Source: a virus. From it: 64,000 nucleotides of DNA. The notes beneath the pieces are model-generated. The model searched no databases. It saw only the letters and a program-made list of their open reading frames with translations, and was not told the origin of the DNA. The stretch spans positions 32,642-96,641 of the IMG/VR virus record IMGVR_UViG_3300025070_000019; one strand, 5' to 3'. Below are positions 9,384 through 18,113 of the stretch, piece by piece. Position 1 is the first letter of the stretch; the number at the start of each line of letters is the position of its first letter. The position numbers and the translations under genes were made by a program.

Positions 9384-11600
9384 ATGGCTGTTGTTAAAGA
9401 AATTACAGGAAAACTTTTAATTGCTGATCGTGATAATGGAACAACAAGTAGTGGTCAAATTGCACTACCTGAAGTTTCAATTATAAATGACAACAATACT
9501 GTACTTATAGAAAATGAATCTCAACAAACTCTTTACTTGAATAACGAAGCTCATGATTCTGTTACATTAACACCATATTTTGATAAAAAAGCAACAGGTA
9601 TAAAAAGAAATGCTAAAAATGTTTTTAATCAATTTTCTAATAACATGCTTTTAACTTCAAAACCTCAATGTAGAACTAATTGGAATGATGATACATATAC
9701 TGCTAGCACATATTGGGACAATTGTAGTTTAGATGCTATAAAATATAGCAATGAAACATTTCATAAAAACTTAACATCAGAAGCCTATGATTTTAATCCT
9801 AATTTTTATAAGTTTACAGCTAACAATCAAGAATATACTCTTTTGTTATCTTATGCATTTGAAGACATTGGAAATGTAGCTCAAGCAATTGAAAACACAA
9901 CTCATTTTACTATAATAAAAGGTGATGACTATTCTAATCCAATTGCTACTTTAGAGTTAGACTATAGTAATAACGGTTTATATCCAGACAATATTCATTA
10001 TAGCACAAAATTACCTTTATATTTTGAAATATTAACTATAGATACAACAAATCTTTCTAGTTGTTTTGCAGTTTTACATTTTACTGCTTATCGTGAGTAT
10101 CAATATGAATATATTAAAGGTCAAGGTTTAATTACACTTAATTTTGATTTAAATACTTTTGCATGGAAATCTTCACCTATAAATTTAATATTTCCCAATC
10201 CAGTTTTCCCTGCAAATCAAGATTCGATTTTAGCTGATCTTGATTTGCAGACTGCACCACCAAGTAAAACTAATAAATTATCACATAACTTATTTTATTG
10301 TGGAAAAGATACATCTTCTAATCATATTTTTATGGATATAAATTTAGACCATGATTATGCTTCTGATGGTGGAGCAATAGCTGATGGAGAAATTTCATTT
10401 ACATTATATGAATTAGATGAAGTAAATATGATTTTAGATGCAACAACTAGATTTGTTGCATCAGATAATAATATTGCAAACGTAAAAACAATAACAGATA
10501 ATTATGTAAATGGAGATTTAATAAATATATATTGTTCTAAGTTTCAAGCTTTAGATAGTAACAAATCTAATACAATGTATTCTTACATTGCAGCTTTTGA
10601 TAATTCTGGCAATTTCAAACCAATAAGAATAATATGGAATAAAAATATAGTTATTAGCAATTACGCAGGCACTGGTACTGCACCATTATATGTAGATGAA
10701 TGTACAGTTACTTTTCCTAATTCTAATCCATCTACTAATTATATTAAGAATTGGGCTTCTAACTATGCAGATGCTGCAGATACTTTAGATTCTGTAGCAT
10801 CTAGCAATTATAGAAGTTTACCAAACATACCTTTATTTATGAAAAGTTTATCATTATTGAGTCCAACAGATAATACTATAAACTTTACTTACCTTTTTAA
10901 GAAAAATGAATTAGCTAATCATTTTCATGCTGCTGACGCTCTGCATTCAGATTTAACTTCTTTTTCAATTGATGTATCAGATTTTGCAACTAATTCTGAT
11001 TTAAATTTAACTTATCAGTCTTCATATACTTTAAAAGCTTTAGATTTAATCTACAATTCTGCAGTTAATAAAATTAAAGCAATTACTCCTACAGGTATAA
11101 AAATGCTTTCATATTCAGCAAATGCATGGGTTTTATCTTCAGAACATACAGGCATTTACAATGTATTAGCAGAGGATAGTTATGGGCGCAATTGGGCTTT
11201 AAATATGCCTGTAGCAGATTTAAGCTCTTTAAGTGATTCTGCTTTGCAGTACATTTATTTAAATGTAAAAAATGTAGATATGAAGTTAGAATTATTATCA
11301 GATACGCTTCCACACGTAACATCTTTATCATTAGAAACACCAAATCAGACCTATGCTGGGTCTGATTTAAACAATCGTTTAATTGTAAATGCATATGATG
11401 AAACAAATGTTAGAATTGCAAAAGATGTACGTTTAACTATTGAAGGCAACAACTGTACATTTGATGCAGATTTTGCACAAGGTATTACTGCAGGTGCTAC
11501 TACAGCAGTAGTTACTACATCTACTAGTGCAGATACATTTGTTGATATAACAATTACTAATTCTGGCTTAATTAATGTATCAGCATCATTTGATCTATAA
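9384..11600 (+). CDS. Large putative virion protein with an Ig-like C-terminus
   Basis: 738 aa, AAGGA RBS, N/T/S-rich, context in fibre island. Confidence 0.6.
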   Translation: MAVVKEITGKLLIADRDNGTTSSGQIALPEVSIINDNNTVLIENESQQTLYLNNEAHDSVTLTPYFDKKATGIKRNAKNVFNQFSNNMLLTSKPQCRTNWNDDTYTASTYWDNCSLDAIKYSNETFHKNLTSEAYDFNPNFYKFTANNQEYTLLLSYAFEDIGNVAQAIENTTHFTIIKGDDYSNPIATLELDYSNNGLYPDNIHYSTKLPLYFEILTIDTTNLSSCFAVLHFTAYREYQYEYIKGQGLITLNFDLNTFAWKSSPINLIFPNPVFPANQDSILADLDLQTAPPSKTNKLSHNLFYCGKDTSSNHIFMDINLDHDYASDGGAIADGEISFTLYELDEVNMILDATTRFVASDNNIANVKTITDNYVNGDLINIYCSKFQALDSNKSNTMYSYIAAFDNSGNFKPIRIIWNKNIVISNYAGTGTAPLYVDECTVTFPNSNPSTNYIKNWASNYADAADTLDSVASSNYRSLPNIPLFMKSLSLLSPTDNTINFTYLFKKNELANHFHAADALHSDLTSFSIDVSDFATNSDLNLTYQSSYTLKALDLIYNSAVNKIKAITPTGIKMLSYSANAWVLSSEHTGIYNVLAEDSYGRNWALNMPVADLSSLSDSALQYIYLNVKNVDMKLELLSDTLPHVTSLSLETPNQTYAGSDLNNRLIVNAYDETNVRIAKDVRLTIEGNNCTFDADFAQGITAGATTAVVTTSTSADTFVDITITNSGLINVSASFDL

Positions 11601-11611
11601 GGATAAAGCTC

Positions 11612-12190
11612 ATGGCATTACATGGATTTGTAGATAGCGTAAAAGAAACATTATCTTTTCAAGTAAAAGATAATTATTTTGTAGTTAATAATCAAACTAG
11701 AGAGAAAAAACTTTTATCATTTGATTTAAAAGTATTTCTGTTTGATGAATTTTTATCTTCTCAAAACCACACTAATGTTAATTTTAATTCTTATAATTCA
11801 TTTGAACTATTTGAGAATGTAGAAGAAGAATCTTACTCTAACCAACCTACATATAATGGTTCTACTGGAGTAGTATCTAAGCTTATGCATTATGTAAATA
11901 AAGCATATTCTTATAGAAATAATACTTTAAGTTATACTACATCTATAGTATCTACAAATATAGATTTTCTTAAATCAACACAACCAACTTACACTTATGA
12001 TGAAAATGACATAAATTATTTTAGTAAAAACTTAATAACTTATATTTCAGGTGCTGATGTTGATATAAATATAGAGTATAACAAATCACAAGATTACGTT
12101 AACCAATACTTCGAAGAAGAACCTTCATCTAATGGAGGAGGTTCTGAAGAACCTCCAGAAGTTACTGGTTTAAAAGAATTTTGGGCATAG
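11612..12190 (+). CDS. Hypothetical (likely virion) protein
   Basis: 192 aa, AAGGA RBS. Confidence 0.6.
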   Translation: MALHGFVDSVKETLSFQVKDNYFVVNNQTREKKLLSFDLKVFLFDEFLSSQNHTNVNFNSYNSFELFENVEEESYSNQPTYNGSTGVVSKLMHYVNKAYSYRNNTLSYTTSIVSTNIDFLKSTQPTYTYDENDINYFSKNLITYISGADVDINIEYNKSQDYVNQYFEEEPSSNGGGSEEPPEVTGLKEFWA

Positions 12191-12198
12191 GAGATATT

Positions 12199-12504
12199 AT
12201 GACTGTTGTTACTATATATAATTCTACAGTTACTACTACAAATTTAACTAACATTACAAATAGAGCGCGTTTAGTTACGCATGACTTAAGTAGTCAACTA
12301 ACTAATAACTCGTTGATATTTATTTTATCACCACCAGCAGTGATTGAAAGTGTTCAAGTAGTTGTAGATGGTCTTACTTTAAAGCCATCTACAGCTAATG
12401 TCGTTGGTGATTACAGTTTGAATAATGCGACTCAACTAGAGCTTCTATTTAATTCACCCTTATCTACTAGCTCTACTATATTAGCAATTTACGAAGAGGC
12501 ATAA
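12199..12504 (+). CDS. Small virion protein, paralogue of 4462-4833
   Basis: THDLSSQ..FILSP..VDGLTL..GDY..ILAIY; AGGAG RBS. Confidence 0.65.
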   Translation: MTVVTIYNSTVTTTNLTNITNRARLVTHDLSSQLTNNSLIFILSPPAVIESVQVVVDGLTLKPSTANVVGDYSLNNATQLELLFNSPLSTSSTILAIYEEA

Positions 12505-12506
12505 AA

Positions 12507-12842
12507 ATGGCACGTATCACTAAAATAAAAAGAGATAGTTTAGATTTACCTGAAATATTTGCATCTGGTTATCAAACAGATGCAAATGGCAAAGTTATAA
12601 CTGGTTACAAATGGAAAACACATGTTCCATCTTTAAGTCAAGGTATTCATACACAGTTCCAACTACCAGACCCAGTATTAGTTGTTAATAACGTTGAATT
12701 AATATTTTTATTTGTAAATGGTGTTCAAATAACTGCAGATAAAATTTCGTTGCAAAGCCAAAATAGCTTAGTAATATACAGCAATACTGAATTCAGTATT
12801 GATCAAGATGATGTAGTTGAAATAAAATACGTAGCAGCTTAA
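12507..12842 (+). CDS. Small virion protein (F.L..FVNGV domain)
   Basis: TQFQLP..FLFVNGVQ..DDVVEIKY. Confidence 0.6.
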   Translation: MARITKIKRDSLDLPEIFASGYQTDANGKVITGYKWKTHVPSLSQGIHTQFQLPDPVLVVNNVELIFLFVNGVQITADKISLQSQNSLVIYSNTEFSIDQDDVVEIKYVAA

Positions 12843-12852
12843 GAGGTTTACA

Positions 12853-14640
12853 ATGAAAATTAAATCTAAACAACTAGAAGAAAATTTAGGTTCTCAATCT
12901 TCTCCATTTACATCTGTGCATTCTTCAGATTTTACTGGTAGCTTAACAGGACCTATTCGGTTTAAAGCTAAAAACGAAACAGGCGTTGCAGTAGCTAAGG
13001 GTGTTCCAGTTTATATAAATGGAGTTAGTGGTGATGTCCCAACCATTGCTCTTGCAGATTCCGATACAATAAATATGCCTTGTGTTGGTTTAACAGAATC
13101 TGCAGCTAATAATAATGCTGAAGTTTATATTGTAAGTTTCGGTAATCTTACAGGTTTAAATACAGCCGCTTTAGGTACAGATATTGTTGGAGATACTGTA
13201 TATATAAGTACAACAGCAGGTGCTTTAACTTTAACGCCTCCAGCAGGCAGTTCAAGTAAGTTACAAAATATAGGTCAAGTAATAAGAGAGCATGCAACAG
13301 ATGGCATTATTAAAGTTGGTGGTGCAGGCCGTACAGCTGCAACACCAAACTTAGATCAAGGTAAAATATTTATTGGCAATGCTTCTAATCAATCATCTTC
13401 AAGTGTTTATACATTACCCATTGCAGATGGTAGTAGTGGGCAAGTACTTACTACTGATGGTTCTGGAGCAGTTACATTTCAAGATGCTAGTGGAGGTGGT
13501 GGTAGTTCTGCTGCTGATGATATTACTGCTGGTGATGCAGCAGTTAATATCACTACAACATCTGGTAATATTACTATTGATGCTCAAGCAAATGATTCTG
13601 ATATCATATTTAAAGGTACAGATAATAATTCTGATATAACTATGTTAACTTTAGATGGTTCAGACTCTGGTACAGCTATATTTAATAATAATTTAAAACT
13701 TAAAAGTGATTACAGCGTTTTATATTTTGGTTCAGATGACGATGTACTTGTACAACATGACCCAGATGATGGTTTAAAGTTTCAAGTAAGTTATAGCAAT
13801 GAAAGTATTCGAGACCCAAGGTTTACATTTCAAACAACTTCTGGAAACAATTCTGTAGGCCCTTATCTAACTTTTATGCATAGTGGTAGTGACTCTAATA
13901 ATGATACTATTGGTAATCTTGAATTTAGAGCTGCTACTACTACTAGTAATATACTTTCTGGAACAACAGATTACGCTTTAATCAAAGCTAAAATTTTAGA
14001 TAGAACTAATGCAACTAGATCTGCAGAAGTTTCTATTGCTACTCAAAGTAATGGAACCTCTACTACTGCATTACAAGTTTACGGTAATTCATCTAATACA
14101 AATGTAATAACCAAAATAAATAAAATAGTTAATGTAGCTGATCATGATGGTACTACAGGTTTACAATTAGCAGGTACTTTAGTTACTACTACTGCTGCAG
14201 AACTTAACATTATGGATGGTGATACTTCAGCAACTTCTACTACTTTAGTAGATGCTGACCGTATTATAATTAATGATGCTGGAACAATGAAGCAAGTTGC
14301 ATTAACAGATGTTATGACATATGTTAATGCAAATGTATCTGGTGGTGGTGGATTTACATACACAGCAATCACATCAGCATCTTCACCCGTTGCAGGAGCA
14401 GCCTCAACTCATTATTCAGCAGATACATCAGGCGGAGCGATCACAATCAATCTTCCTGCTTTGAGTGGTGTGACGGCAGGCACTGAGATTCGAGTAAAAC
14501 TTAAAACAGCAGGAAATACATTGACTCTTGATGGTAATCTATCAGAGACAATCGACGGCTCAACCACATACACTCTCACAGTACAAAACCAAGCTGTCAC
14601 TCTTGTGAGTGATGGATCATCAAATTGGGAGGTCATCTAA
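12853..14640 (+). CDS. Fibre protein
   Basis: Gly/Thr/Ser-rich; YTLPIADGSSGQVLTTDGSGAVTF, TAAELNIMDG; C-terminal domain shared with 4833-8858. Confidence 0.8.
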   Translation: MKIKSKQLEENLGSQSSPFTSVHSSDFTGSLTGPIRFKAKNETGVAVAKGVPVYINGVSGDVPTIALADSDTINMPCVGLTESAANNNAEVYIVSFGNLTGLNTAALGTDIVGDTVYISTTAGALTLTPPAGSSSKLQNIGQVIREHATDGIIKVGGAGRTAATPNLDQGKIFIGNASNQSSSSVYTLPIADGSSGQVLTTDGSGAVTFQDASGGGGSSAADDITAGDAAVNITTTSGNITIDAQANDSDIIFKGTDNNSDITMLTLDGSDSGTAIFNNNLKLKSDYSVLYFGSDDDVLVQHDPDDGLKFQVSYSNESIRDPRFTFQTTSGNNSVGPYLTFMHSGSDSNNDTIGNLEFRAATTTSNILSGTTDYALIKAKILDRTNATRSAEVSIATQSNGTSTTALQVYGNSSNTNVITKINKIVNVADHDGTTGLQLAGTLVTTTAAELNIMDGDTSATSTTLVDADRIIINDAGTMKQVALTDVMTYVNANVSGGGGFTYTAITSASSPVAGAASTHYSADTSGGAITINLPALSGVTAGTEIRVKLKTAGNTLTLDGNLSETIDGSTTYTLTVQNQAVTLVSDGSSNWEVI

Positions 14641-15275
14641 TGAGTCATAATAAAATAACAGTAGCAAGTCAAAGCCCTGATTCAAATGGTGATGTTTCGA
14701 TTGATGTTGCCAATATGTCAGATGTAAATATTAGTACACCATCCGACAATCAAGTATTGCAATATTCGACAGCATCAAGCCAATGGCAAAATCAAACTCT
14801 TTCAGTCGGGTCAGGCTTGCTTGTTCTAGGTCAAGGGGATTCGGACGCATACAGTAATAGCGGTGCTAGTTCAATGAGTGGAGACGTTTATTTATATGCT
14901 CCCTCAGCTTCTATTGTAAATACTCTCGGTGCAACAATCACTAAATATCTTGCCACAGATTGGGTCACATCCATCACATTGCCTCCTGGTAATTATCAAG
15001 CTATGATCACTTATAGAGTTGAGTTTTCAGCAAGTGGATATTTCAATTACGGATTAACAGACACAAGCGGAACAACAGAGTATACATCAAGAGCATATAT
15101 CGGGGAAGATAGGACAAACATTGATAATGCGGCTAGTACTGCTCTGGGCTATTTTGAATTAGCCTCATCAACTACAGTTATTTTGCATAATAACGCTTCC
15201 TCTGGCGTTGCTTCAGTAGCAAGCCAAGGAAACACCCCTGCCGAATTTAGTACTTTAATGATTCGGAGCGTGTAA
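14640..15275 (+). CDS. Fibre-associated protein (MSHN start)
   Basis: TAATG coupling; MSDVNISTPSDNQVLQY..W motif. Confidence 0.7.
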   Translation: MSHNKITVASQSPDSNGDVSIDVANMSDVNISTPSDNQVLQYSTASSQWQNQTLSVGSGLLVLGQGDSDAYSNSGASSMSGDVYLYAPSASIVNTLGATITKYLATDWVTSITLPPGNYQAMITYRVEFSASGYFNYGLTDTSGTTEYTSRAYIGEDRTNIDNAASTALGYFELASSTTVILHNNASSGVASVASQGNTPAEFSTLMIRSV

Positions 15276-15276
15276 A

Positions 15277-15882
15277 ATGTCTCATTTATTAAACTCTGTA
15301 AATAATGTTAAAAGCTCAAGTGATGGAAATATAAATCTAGGTTTATCTAGTTTAATGAGTTCACCCTCTGATACTGATGTAGTGGGTATTGATGGCGGTG
15401 GAAGTTCTAAGAAATTGGCAATAGGAACTAATGTTGGGGATCTTGCTATGTCTTATGTAGTCCAGTCGGCAGGCTGGGCAGGTTCAGGTACGATCACAGA
15501 GGGATATAATACTTATTTAAGAGGGAGTAGTTGTACAGTAGAGGAAAACACATCAATTATTACAAGACATGCCGCAGGAGGGGCTTCTTGGTTGCAGGGC
15601 TGGACTTTAGTAGCGGGCAATTATTTAATGTTAGCAAGCTGGGGGTTTAGTTTGTCAAGCGGTGGGAATTGTAATGTACAGTTTTATAATGCGACCACTG
15701 CGGCATATGTGGGGCCTAAAATGCACTTTATAACAGGCAATTTTAGCAATCGATTGATTTATCATGCTAACATCTCTAGTAGTACTCGATTCGAGTTGAG
15801 AGCGCGTGATGTTGTTAATAATGTAAATTTATTTGATGCGTCAAGTATGTTCGCATGTACAATACAAATATTTAAAGTTTAA
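15277..15882 (+). CDS. Fibre-associated protein (MSHL start), related to 14640-15275
   Basis: Similar N-terminus (MSH..V...S.G...) and TL..GNY motif. Confidence 0.65.
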   Translation: MSHLLNSVNNVKSSSDGNINLGLSSLMSSPSDTDVVGIDGGGSSKKLAIGTNVGDLAMSYVVQSAGWAGSGTITEGYNTYLRGSSCTVEENTSIITRHAAGGASWLQGWTLVAGNYLMLASWGFSLSSGGNCNVQFYNATTAAYVGPKMHFITGNFSNRLIYHANISSSTRFELRARDVVNNVNLFDASSMFACTIQIFKV

Positions 15883-15899
15883 AAAATTAGGAGTTTATT

Positions 15900-16262
15900 A
15901 TGTATGTCACTGTAAAATGTAATCAATCTTTAACTGTTGGTCAAGTCGTATCTTATAGTTTATCGAGTAATCAATGGGAGGTTGCAAACTCAATCTCTGA
16001 AGAGATCTCAGTAGTCAAAGATATGCCCTACAACAACGGAACAGATGAGAATCCTGAATATGTTTGTAAAATTCTTGTCTCTGGTCCTGTTCGTTGTTTC
16101 GCTTCAAGAGATATACCAGTGCAAGGAGGTCAATTGAATATTGAGAACGGAAAAGTATTTGTTGATAATTCGCTCACAGAATCAACAGGATTCATCGTGC
16201 CCAAAGACATCAATGAAGCTGATCGAGTTGTTGACTCTTCTGTTGTTATTGTTTTGAGGTAA
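15900..16262 (+). CDS. Small virion/decoration-type protein
   Basis: 120 aa, AGGAG RBS. Confidence 0.55.
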   Translation: MYVTVKCNQSLTVGQVVSYSLSSNQWEVANSISEEISVVKDMPYNNGTDENPEYVCKILVSGPVRCFASRDIPVQGGQLNIENGKVFVDNSLTESTGFIVPKDINEADRVVDSSVVIVLR

Positions 16263-16381
16263 TCATGACAATTTATGTAAATGTGATATTTCAAATTCTT
16301 GGCCTGTTTAGCACTGTAATCGATGTGATTTAGTATGTATCAAACATGATCAACAGTTTACGGAATGGATCTTCTGCTACA

Positions 16382-16510
16382 GATAAATTTTATAATATTA
16401 ATTTATCAACATACTCAATTTAATATATTATAAATAGTAAATTGAAATTATCTTTTACAATAAATTATTATATTTTTGGTTAACCAAAAAACAAAACCCT
16501 AATTAGGAGA
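16382..16510 (+). promoter_or_regulatory. AT-rich intergenic control region with inverted repeats upstream of 16517
   Basis: IR 16382-16389/16400-16407; perfect 18-bp palindrome TTTTTGGTTAACCAAAAA at 16473-16490; AGGAGA RBS. Confidence 0.5.
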
Positions 16511-16516
16511 CACCTC

Positions 16517-17896
16517 ATGGCGTTAATTAAAGGTAAACAATTAAGTAATAATACTCTTGCACTTACAAAAGTTGCACTTCAATCAGAAGCTGAAATTCTT
16601 GTTGCAGATTCTAATGGTCAATTACAAGCAGTAAGTCTTGGAACTGATGCTACTATTACAGCAGCAGGTGCTTTAACAATTGCTAATGATGCAATTAACA
16701 GCGCAAAAATTGCTAACGGTTCTGTTACATTTGCTAAACTCAATAGCGGCTCTTATTCAACAGATTTAAGTTCATCTGCTACTGCGTCTGAACTTGCTCG
16801 TGCTGATGCAGCTAAAGCTTATGCTGATTCAATTTTAACTTCAGCTCAAACTTATGCTGATAATGTTGCTAATGGTCTTGATATCAAAGCTTCTGTTAGA
16901 TTAGCTTCTACTGCAGCTTTAACGTTAGCAACAGACGTTGAAAATGGAGACAGCTTAGATGGTATAGCATTAGTTACAGGTGATCGTATTCTTTTAAAAG
17001 ATCAAGCTGATGCAACTGAAAATGGCATCTATGTAGTTGCTGCATCAGGTGCTCCTTCAAGAGCAGCTGATGCAGATCAAGGTGATCTAACAGGTGGTGC
17101 ATTCTTTTTTGTAGAAGAAGGTACTGCTAATGCTGACAATGGTTTTGTTTGTACAACTAATGGTACTCCAACATTAGGTACAGATAATATTGTTTTTGCT
17201 CAATTTAGTGGTGCAGGTAGTGTTAGTGCAGGTGCAGCTTTAACTAAAACTGGTAATCAACTAGATGTAAATGTAGATGATTCAACTATTGAAATAAACA
17301 ATGATACTTTACGGATAAAAGATGCAGGTATTACATCTCTTAAATTAGGTAATCTTTCTATTACACCTGCTAAGATTTCTCCTACTGTTGCCGGTGATGG
17401 TATTGCAGGTGGTAATGGTGTTGCACTTTCAGTAAGTTTAAATGAGTTAACTGCTGCAGTTTTGGATGTATCTGCTGATAGTATTGCATTCATTGATGCT
17501 ACTGACAGCTCAACAAAGAAAGAAAGTGTTGCAGATTTTGCTACTGCTCTAGCAGGTTCTGGTCTTACAGCTTCTTCAGGTGCTTTAGCTGCTGCCCGTC
17601 TTTCATCTAATGATCAATTTGAAACAGCTAGTGCTACTAGTTCGAATGGAGATAGTGCTGGTGTAACTATTGCAGCAACTCCTGAAGGTATGGTTCAAAT
17701 TTTTGTAAATGGATTACAACAAGAATTAGGTCAAGGCGTAAAAACTAAAGATTGTTACTTCAGTGCTGATGGTGGAAGTACAGCAAGAGCAATTACTGCA
17801 ATTGCTAGTGGTGACACATTGTACTGGAATGGAAGTGTTGCAGGCTATCAACTTGATACTAATGATAAAATTAGCATGGTATATGAAACTGCATAA
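16517..17896 (+). CDS. Ala/Gly-rich fibre or head decoration protein
   Basis: GLDIKASVRLAST..GDRILLKDQADATENGIYVV..RAADAD motif; strong RBS. Confidence 0.75.
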   Translation: MALIKGKQLSNNTLALTKVALQSEAEILVADSNGQLQAVSLGTDATITAAGALTIANDAINSAKIANGSVTFAKLNSGSYSTDLSSSATASELARADAAKAYADSILTSAQTYADNVANGLDIKASVRLASTAALTLATDVENGDSLDGIALVTGDRILLKDQADATENGIYVVAASGAPSRAADADQGDLTGGAFFFVEEGTANADNGFVCTTNGTPTLGTDNIVFAQFSGAGSVSAGAALTKTGNQLDVNVDDSTIEINNDTLRIKDAGITSLKLGNLSITPAKISPTVAGDGIAGGNGVALSVSLNELTAAVLDVSADSIAFIDATDSSTKKESVADFATALAGSGLTASSGALAAARLSSNDQFETASATSSNGDSAGVTIAATPEGMVQIFVNGLQQELGQGVKTKDCYFSADGGSTARAITAIASGDTLYWNGSVAGYQLDTNDKISMVYETA

Positions 17897-17956
17897 TCAT
17901 TTATTTCATAAATGATTAAAAAACACTTGGCTGTTTTTAAATAAACTGTATTTAAT

Positions 17957-17986
17957 AAAGCGTCTTAATTGACGCTTTTGTTTTTT
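17957..17986 (+). terminator. Intrinsic terminator-like hairpin just upstream of dnaE piece 3
   Basis: AAAGCGTC-ttaatt-GACGCTTT followed by TGTTTTTT. Confidence 0.6.
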
Positions 17987-17999
17987 GAGGTATGTAAAA

Positions 18000-18113
18000 A
18001 TGAAAATTGTAAAAAAAGAATTTCTTGGTAACCAAGAAGTTTACGATATCGGTGTGTCTTCTAACGAAGATGCACATAACTTTTTGCTAGATAATAACTT
18101 GATAGCAAGTAAT
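18000..18113 (+). mobile_element. Split intein C-fragment (IntC, 38 aa)
   Basis: MKIVKKEFLGNQEVYDIGV..HNFLLDNNLIASN followed by Cys+1; matches Npu/Ssp DnaE IntC blocks F/G. Confidence 0.95.

Noticed and set aside
16429-16436. T4-type late promoter TATAAATA
   Set aside because: Expected by chance in such AT-rich DNA (it also occurs inside ORFs), and no T4-like context
4462-17896. Diversity-generating retroelement or invertible shufflon acting on fibres
   Set aside because: No reverse transcriptase, invertase, TR/VR pair or inverted cassettes seen; all genes are on one strand
4451-17999. Homing endonuclease, integrase or transposase between the intein halves
   Set aside because: No such motifs seen in any ORF; no att-like or terminal repeats noticed at the borders
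17985-17999. ORF-track TTG start of dnaE-C
   Set aside because: ATG 18000 has a GAGG RBS and matches the IntC N-terminus
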